A DNA stretch of 64,000 nt from the human T2T-CHM13v2.0 reference genome, Homo sapiens (GCF_009914755.1 NC_060930.1); one strand, 5' to 3'. Counted from the first letter of the stretch, positions 1-12,122 are shown. Made by a program: numbers and translations. The notes: generated by a model from the sequence alone, not told the origin.

Positions 1-364
<364 letters not shown>

Positions 365-1236
365 GCTTCTCTCCTTCTTTTCTAGGCCTGAAAGTGTTCA
401 GGTGTTCAGGTGGCCAAATCGGTGTTCAGATTTGACAGAAAAAATAACATTTATGTCAGGATTTCTTCCTTGCCTGGATCATTTATAGGTAGGATACTAT
501 TGTTTGTACAACTATAATGAGAAAAAACTAGTAAAAGAAGCTGGGTTTTGAGAGCTTGTGTCTAAATATTGGAGGAGAGCAGTCTCAGAGAAGGCACCCT
601 TAAATCTGGGTGAGAGAGGGCACTTGTAGGTGTATTTTCTTGTGTTGGCTCAGAGACTTAGACTTCTTGGATGTATGAGAGAGGTCATTCAGTGTGGACC
701 CGTGCTGGGGGAGAGAGGATGGATATGAGCTTGGAAATCGTTTTGTTCAAGGCGGGGCAAGTAGCAAGATTAAAATTTTTAGTCTGTTAAGTTGTAAGCA
801 AACCAAGGGCAGATGATGAGAGAAGGCTTTGGAGGCCTGCACCCCAACACTCCCTAAGTCTGGCCTTCCTTGCTGGCCTCACCCAGCCATAGAGGACACT
901 GATATGGGAGGATTACCTCCTTTAACCCCCTGAATTGCTTTCATTGAGAACCACGTTGCCTTTGCCAATGATCATTGCTAAGCATTAGGACAGGGTAGAG
1001 GCCTCTGGGTAGGAAATTGGCAGGTCAGGGTTGGGGTTGGATCAAAATCCAGAAGGAATCATGATCCTCAAACTAGAGCCACAACCAACCGACAGGAGTA
1101 GACTCCCCTGCAGTAGGACTCCAGATTCTGCAGACACTGTCTGAGGGCCTTTGACAAGCACTGTAATTTATTTTAATCCTCTCACTAACAGAGAAGGGAG
1201 GCCCTTTTGTCTCTGATTACTGACCAAGAAGGAGAC

Positions 1237-1643
1237 TGTGTTAGCCATTCTTGCATTGGTATAAAGAAATACCCAAGACTGGGTCATTTATGAAGAAAAC
1301 AGGTCTAATTTGCTCACTGTTCTGCAGGCTGTACAAGAAGCATGGCGCTGACATCTGCTCAGCTTCTGGGGAGGCCTCAGGGAGCTTCTACTCTTGGCAG
1401 AAGATAAAGAGGGAGCTTGCACATCACACGGCAGGAGCAGGAGCAAGAGAGGGTGGGAGGTGCCACACACTTTTAAGCAATCAGATCTTGTGTGAACTCA
1501 CTCATAGCTAAGGGGATGGTGCTAATCCATTCATGAAGGATCCACCCCCATGACCCAAACACTTCCCACCAGAGCCTACCTCCTACACTGGGGATTACAT
1601 TTCAACATAAGATTTAGTGGGGACACAGTTCTAAACCATATCA
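1237..1643 (-). mobile_element. MaLR solo LTR (MSTA/MSTB-like)
   Basis: TG...CA termini, perfect 5-bp TSD GAGAC (1232-1236, 1644-1648), MST consensus in reverse. Confidence 0.9.
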
Positions 1644-1819
1644 GAGACCCTAGAGGAGAGACTGGCCCAAGATGACCCTGGGTGGACACTCCTCTGGGGA
1701 CTCTGATCAAATCTCACATTTCTTCCCTGCACCAGACCGCCCCTTTGTGGTCATAGGAAGGTCAGGGGGACAGAGTAAGCTTCTTAGAGAACCCTGGCCT
1801 CCTGTAATAAGTCTCTCCA

Positions 1820-2125
1820 GGCCGAGTGCAGTGTCTCGCACCTGTAATCCCAGCACTCTGGGAAGCTGAGGAGGGCAGATTGCTGGAAACCAGGAGTTCA
1901 AGACCAGCTTGGGCAACATGGCGAAACCTTGTCTCTACAAAAAATACACAGCTTAGCCAGGCGTGGTGGTGTGCACCTATAGTCCTAGCTACTTGGGAGG
2001 CTGAGGCACAAGGATTCCTTGAGCCCAGGAGGTTGAAGCCACAGGGAGCTGTGTTTGCACCACTGCACTCCAGCCGGGGCGACAGAGTGAGTCCCTGTCT
2101 CAAAAAAAAAAAAAAAAAAAAAAAA
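1820..2125 (+). mobile_element. Alu SINE (AluJ-like)
   Basis: Full dimer with poly-A tail; TSD aagtctctcc. Confidence 0.93.
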
Positions 2126-2355
2126 GTCTCTCCTGAGCCAGTGTGGGAGCTGAGCTGGCTGCCCTGAAGTGCAGCAGGTCTCCAGGTGACAGGGGCCTTC
2201 CAGGCAGCAGTGAATCAGCCCTTGTGGCTTCAGTAGTCTAAGGACCACCTTGAAAAGGCTTATCCTTGCTCTCTACCTGTGGGAACCAGTCCTAATGAAA
2301 TAGTAATCAACATAGAAAAGTTGATCAGATAAAATATATACAGGCTCACATAAAT

Positions 2356-2368
2356 TTTATTCTTTATT
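2356..2368 (-). terminator. Candidate distal poly(A) signal, tandem AATAAA-G-AATAAA
   Basis: Two hexamers (2368-2363, 2361-2356), upstream UGUA motifs (2377-2374, 2392-2389, 2413-2410) and a U-rich downstream tract. Confidence 0.55.
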
Positions 2369-4233
2369 TAAAATACAGAAATACTTTTTACAGCATGAAC
2401 AGAAAGTACTACATTGTGTTGAAATCTTAAGATTTAGAAATCTCACTGAATCATACACAGGCCCATGATGCACTGTACTAGAAAAAAAAGCTGTATCAAA
2501 AATGAAAACAAACAAACAAAAACCACCTCAAACTATTAAAATCATTAAGGCCAGTAGTGGTTGTTTAATTAAATTGTACATACCTGACTGTGGTGTACAT
2601 ACCAATCACTGTTTAAGAGAATACATTAAAAACAGAAAAATTGACCTCTAAATAATGAACTAATAGCCCTCCTGCAAAAGTTACAAACAATAACAGGCTT
2701 TGAAAGATTCAAAGCACATTTTGATGTAGTGTCTTATATATAATGGTCAATTTATGAAAACACTGTATATGATAAAAATAAGTACATCCAACTCACTCCT
2801 AAGTAACACGCTACACTTATAGCCTGCTTATGACAAATGAGAGATCTGTAAATATATGCAGTAAGAATACACGTGGGTTCATACTCAGATAATGTATCTG
2901 TATGCACAGTATGTGATGAAATTAAACTAGAGGATAAATAACTTTAATAAACTCTACATTTTGAGGCGCATGGGGAATAAAATTCATGTTGTTTCTAAGT
3001 TATAGACACAGCATATTTTTTTTCCTATCTCGGTACCTTAGTGTAATGCCAATTTGCATTTAACCTAGTTATCTTATGTTTGCATGCTTTGCAAACTAAA
3101 TTACAGAACCAAATTGCCTATTACAATTTCCCATTATGTAACACAATTACATAGGAACACTTTGAGGTGAAAGGATTGTCCCAGTATTAGGAAACACTGA
3201 TTTCAGCATGCTTGCAAAGAGCAAAGATTAAGGAGAGGCTGTTTCCTCAGGTAACAGGTTTTACCGCTGTCTCTCTGCAATGTAAATGCCACTCACCATT
3301 ACAATGAGCTATATTCACTAATGTCTAGTCTGCAAAATTAGATCCACTGGTTTTGTTTTGTTTTGTAAAGAAGCTAGGACCTAAAATTACACCACTTCCT
3401 AAGCTGAAAGTTTCTGTCTCCCCGAGCACTTCCAAGTAAAAGATGGAGTTGAACTAATGTTCCAAGATTCCATTACGTTCATAAGAAATGAAAGCACAAT
3501 GAATTTTCATACAATTAGAATATCTGCAGTACATACGCCGAGTCCTTCTTGCACACGTGCCTCAGCACAAGCAAATGATGTGCAAACTTTCACTAATGAC
3601 CTTTCTCTTAAGTTTGCAAACCCAATCGAAATACACATGAACATGCACGCACACCCCCTCTAAAAATCCTTAATTAGAAGGGAGGAAATACTGTCTCAGT
3701 AGAGAAGAGGGAAGGTAGTCAACCCTGTTTTTATCTTCCCAGGATAAGGAGATGACCTATTTGCACCCTTGGTTTCTGGCTGTTTCATGCAGTGTGCGAG
3801 TAAAGTAAGACGTTTTACCAGGGAAAAGGTGCAGCTGCCGCTCTCCCAGATGCGGCGAGATCGGGAAGCCTCCCGAGTGGGTATATGGGGTACGGAAGTA
3901 GCATAAACAGGTGGAAACATGAGATTAACTAAGGCTGAGTTGAAAGAAAGATTCTGAAAATAAGCCCATCAACTTACAAAACCAAAGACATAACATTTCA
4001 GTCATCGTCATTCTACCTCACAAGCTTAGGGAACATGGATTTCACTAACTCATGGGCCCTCATTTGTTAGCAGGAGTCTTGTTGGATAATGACAGCCTAG
4101 CGTAGCTAGTAAAACACACCTTTTGGCCCCATGAAGGGAGAAGATTCATGGTGTTACAGTCATACTTCATTAACACAAAGTTTTCACTGTTAGTGAAAAA
4201 AAAATAGCAGCAAGACAATTATGATAAAATGAT

Positions 4234-4239
4234 TTTATT
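4234..4239 (-). terminator. Candidate intermediate poly(A) signal AATAAA
   Basis: Minus strand reads TTGAATAAAATCATTTTATCATAATTGTCTTGCTGCTATTTTTTTTC: hexamer followed by GU/U-rich downstream sequence. Confidence 0.55.
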
Positions 4240-7200
4240 CAATCAGTTTAGTTTTCTTGCATGTGAATAGAATGAAAAGCAAATTTATCCACAAATGTAT
4301 TTAAAGTATAAAATTTTTATGTTAATGAAATTACTTCTAGGTATATACAGTAGAGAAATAATCTAATCAACAGATATCTGTAACATGGAAATATTTGCTC
4401 TATAAAGCAAATGATATTTCATATTTTCTTGAGGATAAAATGAGAGGAGTTCTTCTATTTAAATCCCCAAGTGATCAAAGATATAGCTAGAAGATGACAG
4501 AAAATTAAATATTATGGCTTAGAACACAATGAATAATAAAAGAAATCAAACTCCCTCAAAGTCTCTCACACTTGGACAGAAATACTTTCAGTTCCTGAGG
4601 AGGAAACATGTTTGACTTCTAGAAAGACCTCGAGGTGTGCAATTGTGCTGTAGAAAGGCCAGGAATGGAAACATTTTTTTTCCAGAGCTGTGCTGCCTTT
4701 CTCCTCCCTCTAAACCACATTTTCTTTTGGGAAATATGTCATCATCTTTCCCTACTCAGACACAAGCCACTTAATATTGCATACGTCTCAGTAGTCTTAT
4801 AAATGTCCAAAAACAATACCTCACCCCAGAAATACTTCTGATGTAGTTCATTGTCCTTCATTTTTCATGCTGGCTGGACCCTCCTCACTTACACACAAGG
4901 CTCTGGCCCGGCTTTGGTCATGAGGCTGTACAGTCAGTGCTAACTGGGTCTGGACAACGTTCTGTGTTCTATAAAGAACTTTGGCATTATCTGAATTGCT
5001 GCTGGATTGCAGAGTGACTCCGTGCATGTTGCAGGATGGTGGGAGAAGCAGCTTGTGATTCTCAAGAGGTACATCGAATTGGCACCAGGTCACTTAACCT
5101 TCAGGGCTGAATGAAGAGGGACAGCTAGTGAGAAGGGCATTGTGCTTGATGAAGATTCAAGAGGCCTCTCGGTGGTACATCAGGGTGAGTCACAGGATGA
5201 AACATTCAGAAGGGCAGAGACTCTCATTCCCAACCTCAGGCATCGAGCTGAGAGGGCTAGACCTTGAGAAATAGAACAAGTGGAGATTGGACAGGAAGTG
5301 GGGCAGAGTCAAGGAATGCTGTGGGTGGGTGACAGCTGGGCAGAGGTCAGAACTGCTGGGCCTGGGAGGACAGAGTTGGCTTATTCTTATTTCTTTCTCT
5401 ACCCCGTCTCCATCCCCAAGGCATTTGAGCTAGTGGAATGAAGAAAGACAGAAAAGAAAACAAACCAGCAAAAAAACATGGAGGCAGGAAGAAAGAATAG
5501 AATGAGAAGTAAAAAACGAGTGGGAAAGAATGGTCAAGTGGTGCTTACATGGCCTTGAGAAGTTCTGGGCCCATGAGGGAAGAGGATCAAAAAATATCTA
5601 GATGAGGTTGCAAAGGAGGAGAGGCAGGAGCCAGCAGCCATGAAACAAAAGAGATGAGCCAACAGCCCATAACCATTACGGCAGCACAGCCCCACTGGCC
5701 TTGGCCAAAGTAACTGAGCTGGAAATGCTTTCAAAGGTCATGTGGATGACTCCCCTCCTTTTCCAGATAAGGAGATGGAGGTATGGGGGGAGGTGACTTG
5801 GAGAGCTTGTTTCTTGCACACCGTACCATGCTCTGCCCCCCACAGAGCAATGTGGAACCCACGGGGGAGAAGGTTCTACTCTGGAGGGGAGCCGTCCAGA
5901 TGTCCCCCAAGACCTCTTTTCCCCAACTCTAGGATTCTACGGTTCTACATGTGAGGGTGGTCTCTGTATATTTGCGAACACTCACAATATCCTCAGCTTA
6001 CCGTGCCTAAGGATATAGCAGTAACGTTACTTTAAAATGAATATGTTGAACGTTATACATCCAAATACTGTTGTCCTTCAAAGTAGTCCGTACATTGCAG
6101 CTCCTTATTCTAACACCTGCCTAATATATTTAAGTTAACCAGTGAATTGTGGCTGTTATTGTTCAAACTATTTGTACCAAGTAAGGAAACACACAAGGAA
6201 AAGACAAACGAATGTGTGTGAAAACACATGATTTGAAACCTGAAACTGATTACCCATGTCATGCACCAGGCATGAGCCCAGTGGCTTTGGCTTTCTCCAA
6301 AAAGAAAAAAAATCCACCCTCAAGGGATGATGATGGGTTTCCAAGAACACTTTGAAAAGAATGTAGTTGAGGATGCTACATTTATGATAGAGGTAGCCTT
6401 CAGTCATACATCATTGCTGTAAAGCGACACCTAGTGAGGCGCTGTTATTTCACAATGAGCTGTTTGGAGAAGCAAGGCTTCGGGTGTATTCTAAAGTTGG
6501 AGCCAATGGAAGAGGTTGCTGTTGGCCTGTGCAAGCGCCTAGTGCATGGAACTGACTCTAAGGCTCAGACCACGTGGTCAAGCCCCAGAGCAGGGTAGGG
6601 TGGGAAGACAGCTGAGGTATAGGTGGTCTGTGTGGTATATGTAGACCCTTCAAATGGAAAGATGCTGCTGTCCCCACACTGTCTGGCATCACTGTTTAAT
6701 CACCCGTGTCTCTACTATTCTCGTCCTGCCACTATCAATTCATGGCACAGCACTCTCGGCCGACCTGGGGGAGAACGTCATTCTTAAGCTCTACCTGCCA
6801 TCGTTTCCTCTGCAGGAAAGCGAGCCCAGTGCTGAGCATGGGGAGAACCTCTGGGCTCTTTATGTAGGATTTGAAGAGCGCAGATCTGAGGCCTCACTTG
6901 CGAAAGCACCGTGAAGAAAGCAAATCCTCCTCTAACAGTGTGTTTTTGCCCAGAACTGCTTCTAAGTCGGGGGAATTTCATGAAGCCTGGGAGAGTCACA
7001 GTGAGCGTTCTCTCCAGCCCAGCATCTTGGTGAGGTTCATGTGTGATAAGACCACCGAAACCACAAAGGAATTTACCACGGGAAGTGTCCCAGCAGTTGC
7101 TTATTAGCATTAGAACAATTACACAAAGTCCATTGTTAGCAGACATGTTTTCATGATCCTTAACTGGTGGCAGTAAATAACAGCCATTCTCTTTCAAGCA

Positions 7201-8526
7201 AATGCTAGATTTCCAAAAATCCAGCTTCTAATTTTCTGTGCAGGGATCATCTTGGATTAGGACAACCATTGGAGTGGATGATACCCCAGAAGCTGACGTG
7301 CCCAGCGCTCTACCTGCAGGAGCAGGGCGGAACACACAGAAGCTGCCTGCGGGTGGATGGGGGTGATGCAGCTGGGTTTGACATCACAGAATGGAAACAG
7401 GGAGGTTTGTTCCCCTGGATGTCTGACCGTCTGCTGGACCATCCCCAGGGTTCTTAGTGTGGTCCTCTCTTGCCACAGGGGAGGGATAGGGGCACATGGC
7501 AAGGCAACAGGAGAGCCTGGCAGGTGCTCAGTTCTTGGAGTGTTTATGACCAAAAAAAACCAAAAACAAAACTAAAAAAAATCAGCCCCATGGACAGGTT
7601 TGCAGCCCTCTCCTTAAAAAAAAATTGCAGTTTTTAAAAAAATCACCTACTCCTTCACAATCCCATGTCTTGTTATCCGAGGTTTTAAAAAAAAGTGAGT
7701 CCAATCCCCTTCCCCTCTCTCCCCAGTGGAGAAGAGCTGAGAAGTGGCCCCTTCAGAGCAGAGGTCAGACAGTGCCTGCCAACCACTTACATATATGTAA
7801 ACCTGGTTGTTTCTTTAGAATGAGAGCAGAATATTTCCATCTTTTGAGACCTTCTGACAATGACTACATTTGAGTCCCTGGTCACCTATGGGCATCTCCA
7901 ATTATCTTCAGAGATTTGAGAAAATTCTCCTAAAACCATCTCAAAAATAATTTAAAAAGAATTTTAATTAAAAAAATAAGAAATATTCCATACGGCACAT
8001 AGATACAAAAATAGGTTATTGCAGCGTGAAGGGTTGGGGCTGTTAGAATTGCTGCTTTCATTGTTTTCCTAAGAAACTTATGGTGTAGGCCTCCCTTTCT
8101 CACTGGTTTCTTCTGCAGTAAACCGGCCCTAGTCCCATATTCCTTCCCAATGTATTTAATATAGTTGGTAGCAGCCCTGCTGCAGGGAAATGGTGGGAGT
8201 CTGGTGTACTCTCTGGTAGGTGCTAAACGCCCGCAAGACAATTGTTCCCTTCCGTGGGCTCCCCGGCAATGTGTCTCCCAAGAGTCACCTGGAGCCCAGG
8301 CTTGGCACATACAATCATCCTCCTGAGGGGGCAGGCCTAGAGCCCCAGAACAGCCCTGGTCACCCAGCTGCCTCCAGGGCACACCCTAGTAGCCTAAGAG
8401 GGGACACTTAGTAGTAGCAACCAGACCACAGTGGGTTCTGCCTCCATATTGCAAACCAAGCAAAGGCAATGGCTCATATACTCCCAAGCACTCACTTCCT
8501 AAGGCTCTTCCAGCTACAGTGTCAGG

Positions 8527-8528
<2 letters not shown>

Positions 8529-8569
<41 letters not shown>
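8529..8569. repeat. (CA)20 microsatellite
   Basis: Uninterrupted AC dinucleotide run. Confidence 0.98.
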
Positions 8570-8573
<4 letters not shown>

Positions 8574-9097
8574 AGACCCACAGCTTTCACCTAAAGTCTT
8601 CGCACAGGGAATAATGTGATTCATGAAATATTTAAAAGGCCTTAGGCAATAGAATTGTCTCTTGATTTTTTCTTTCAAGTGTTTAACAGACAAGTGTAAT
8701 TGGAAATGTTTGGAACATGAACACAGGCACACACACACACACTCTAATTTGGAATTATGCAAAACGATATCATTATTCACTACAACCTGAAGCAAAGCTA
8801 CTGCAATGGAATAATAAGTACCACATCTGTACAAGTGAGAGGCCCCCAGGTCGGCTCTCATTTGGACAAGGGTGACCCACGTGGCCTAACCCTTTAAGGT
8901 CTGTTTAGAGGAAATGGCCTGGTGTGTTTTACATTTGTGAAGCTATTTAGCCTCCTGGTTTGACAAGATTTTTGAGAGGGGTGAAAATTAATTATAATTG
9001 CAGTATTGCTACAATAATTTAGTTGGCTAATTGCATTTCAGTGCAGAAACAGTCAAGGAAGATTTTCCTCCCCAGGTTATTCTCTGATGTGGCAGCA

Positions 9098-9103
9098 TTT
9101 ATT
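9098..9103 (-). terminator. Poly(A) signal AATAAA (proximal SCML4 site)
   Basis: Plus-strand tttatt at 9098-9103; a second AATAAA at 9317-9322. Confidence 0.65.
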
Positions 9104-9704
9104 TTAAGAGTAATGAGATTTTTAAAAAGTCAAACCTTAAATATCATGGCTTCAGCAATCTGTCCTGCTTAAAGTTTAATGCAAAATGAGATAGCACCTC
9201 CGCGAGAGAAGTTCCACGTGAACATGGATCCAGTTTTCTCCAAGACTTGAAATGAGAACATATCTCTCGCCTGAAAACTACTCAAGGGATCTCTTTGACA
9301 TTGTTTGGGGCTGATTTTTATTTGAGAGCACCAATGTTTGTGACTCTGTAGTGAAGGAGGCACTGATGAGGGTGGGTAGGAAGTTTTGAAAACTTGATAC
9401 TGGAAGTCACTACATGAGGTATCTGTTGATGGAAGAGGTACCACAAGTATCGGAAGATTGAGAAAAAAAAGAGGAGTGAAAAACCTGGATTGTTGTGGGA
9501 TTTTTCTGGATCTCATTGTTTTCACCCTGGCAGTTCTGAGTACATAACCTGCCCATGGCTGTTTTGAGGGAAATGTATCTAACTCTAAACCAGCAGTGAG
9601 CACTTACGATTAATAAATTCTTAAGAGACAGGCCCTATCACCTTAAAATCTTGAAGACTCTGCCCCAAGGCCTGATTCAAGGTACTTTTCTCAGGTGCTG
9701 AACC

Positions 9705-10254
9705 TGTCAGAGGCATTTGAACCAGAGCAACTCCATCTTGAATGGGAGCTGGGTAAAATGAGGCTGAGACCTACTGGGCTGCATTCCCAGATGGCTAAAG
9801 CATTCTGAGTCACAGGATGAGACAGGAGGTCAGCACAAGATATAGGTCATAAAGACCTTCTGATAAAACAGGTTGCAGTAAAGAAGTTGGCTAAAACCCA
9901 CCAAAACCAAGATGGCAACGAGAGTGACCTCTGGTTGTCCTCGCTGCTATACTACCACCAGTGCCATGACGGTTTACAAATGCCATGGCAACATCAGGAA
10001 GTTACCCTATATGATCTAAAAGGGGGAGGCATGAATAATCCACCCCTTGTTTAGCATATCAAGAAATAAACATAAAAATGGGCAACCAGCAGCCCTCAGA
10101 GCTGCTTTGACTATGGGGTAGCCATTCTTTCCTTCCTTTACTTTCTTAATAAACTTGCTTTCACTTTACTTTATGGACTCACCCTGAATTCTTTCTTGCA
10201 TGAGATCCAAGAGCCCTCTCTTGGGGTCTGGATCGGGACCCCCTTCCTGTAACA
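9705..10254 (+). mobile_element. ERV1 solo LTR, MER41A-like, antisense inside SCML4 3' UTR
   Basis: Starts TGTCAGAGGCATTTGAACCAGAGCAACTCCATCTTG, ends CCTTCCTGTAACA; 550 bp; internal AATAAA near 10148. Confidence 0.9.
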
Positions 10255-11516
10255 AAATCACCAGACATCAAGCTCTTCTACAATCTAATAACTCAAGCTC
10301 AATTCAGTGAGCAAGTTTAGTACATTCTCCTCCTCCCCTTCTCTGCCATGCTCTCAGTCCAGCCGCCATTTGTGTGTCTGAAAAGGAGGCTACGATGTGC
10401 TTTCTCAAGTACTGCACATGAAAGTGGGCCTAACGGCATGGCATGGACTATTTCTTATGGCCTTCATCTGGATTCTAACTATATAGAGGGTCACTCTGCA
10501 GATCTACCCAGGGCTGCCCTCAAGGTTATACAGGTCATGCTCTGTACAACGGCAGCTGATCAAGCGGTGAGGAGGTTGAGCCCCCACCCTGCTCCACTTG
10601 CCAGCTGAGACCCCTGCTCAGGTTGTATCCCAGAGAAAGGGGTGCCTTTTCTGATTCACCTTTGGGCGAAGGGAGGCCCTGAGTCATCCCTAACCCTCTC
10701 CCTCCCAGAAATTCCAAAATCTAATGTTCATCTCCTCATCTCCAACACTGTTGATGTCCTTTTAAGGAAGAGAATATGCACATGGCAAAGGCGAATTCAT
10801 TTTGAAGATATGTTTTCTGCTCAGTGTGAAAGAAGAAGAAGAGAGGTGGAGGGAAACAGAGAAAAGAGAAGGATAAAACGAATGGTGGAGAAGTTGTGCC
10901 TCTGCCTAATAAATTGTGGATTCATTGTCCGTCTCTGGACACAGCTGCAAAGGAGCAGAAAATCAATTTTTTCTATTACTCCACTGTGAGGAAGGAAAAC
11001 CTATTTGTAAATTGAATTAAACCCCATAATAGCATGTCTGTGTATTTGTTGAGGACTAGAAAAATTAGCCACAGATACAACTACATAACCCAGCAATGTA
11101 ACTAGAAATCAACACTCTCCCATTTCAAAGCTTCGTTGAGACATTTTCTTTTCCTTTTTTAAAGAAACACCCATGGCTAAATGTCACTAAGATTCTTCGG
11201 CATGCCAACACTTCAACACCTCAATAAGGACTCTGGAAGGGAAGGAACTCCAAAGTCCCATCTGGGTAGAGCGTGCTTCCAAATTCTTGCCTTTGCTAGT
11301 TGAGTATCAGTCAGTCAGTCAATAATGATTGGATACGAACTAGACCCCTCTAGCTGATGGTTTCTTCCCAAGTCGCAATCTGTGGTGCTAACTGTGGAAT
11401 AAATCCCCTGTTTCTGTGTGGGCTAGATCTTGTTCACAGACACCCTAACCCATCCACTCAGTACTGAACAATCCTGCTACTGCAGTCAGTGAGGGTCCTG
11501 AAATTTCATTAGCAGT

Positions 11517-11547
11517 CTGCCCTCTAGCGGAGAAACACAGTACTTCA
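11517..11547 (-). promoter_or_regulatory. CTCF motif (core plus upstream module)
   Basis: Minus strand TGAAGTACT-N8-CCGCTAGAGGGCAG. The core fits CCRSYAGRKGGCRS; the upstream 9-mer resembles the ZF9-11 module at the usual spacing. Confidence 0.7.
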
Positions 11548-12122
11548 GATTTTCTAGGAACAGAAAAGATTTTTTTTTTTTTCCTTTTTCTTTCACGGCG
11601 TAAAATAATTCAAGTTTTCCAGACAGTGCAAGGTGAGGCAGTCATCTTCAGAAGTCAGCTTCCAGAGCTGAGGCAAACAAGGCTCACAGGGATAGGTCCC
11701 CAGGTCAGAGTTAGAGGCAGATGGTGTTGAGGGGGGTGTCCCTGCAGAGACCGCAGGGACAAAGGTCCTTCTTTCATCCTTTGAACCCTCCAGAACTCTC
11801 CTTGGGCATAAGCATTCAGTTCCCCACTCTCTCGTTATGCAAATAGGACCCACTTTAAGAGAAATCAGCATAACAGGGATGTTAAAAATCACAGGCTTTT
11901 GTAATTTTTTGGCAAATTATGAACACAGAGGAGCCTCTCGAAAAGGTCCATGTTAAATTCTTCAAAAGGCAAAGATTCACAAGTTTTATAAAAAGACCAC
12001 GTCTCTGTGGCTGTTAATTTTAAGAGGAGAGTCTATTTTGTGATGTTGGCGGGATATTGGTAAGGCAGAAGATAATCTTGGGATCTGTTGTTTTGGGTTT
12101 CGCTTCTGTCTTTTTAAAAACG

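Larger units (their letters stand above)
9080..12122 (-). other. SCML4: SCML4 proximal 3' UTR (~3.0 kb)
   Basis: Runs from the stop codon to the AATAAA hexamers at 9322-9317 and 9103-9098 (ATTAAA at 9180-9175). The exact cleavage site is inferred. Confidence 0.7.

Noticed and set aside
2340-4600. Processed pseudogene 3' UTR from another gene
   Set aside because: No templated poly-A tail, TSDs or coding remnant; a native distal UTR is simpler. A BLAT hit to another mRNA would reverse this.
11570-11594. A-rich tract on the SCML4 strand resembling a transcript end
   Set aside because: Genomic A13 without an upstream AATAAA; would cause oligo-dT internal priming rather than true polyadenylation.
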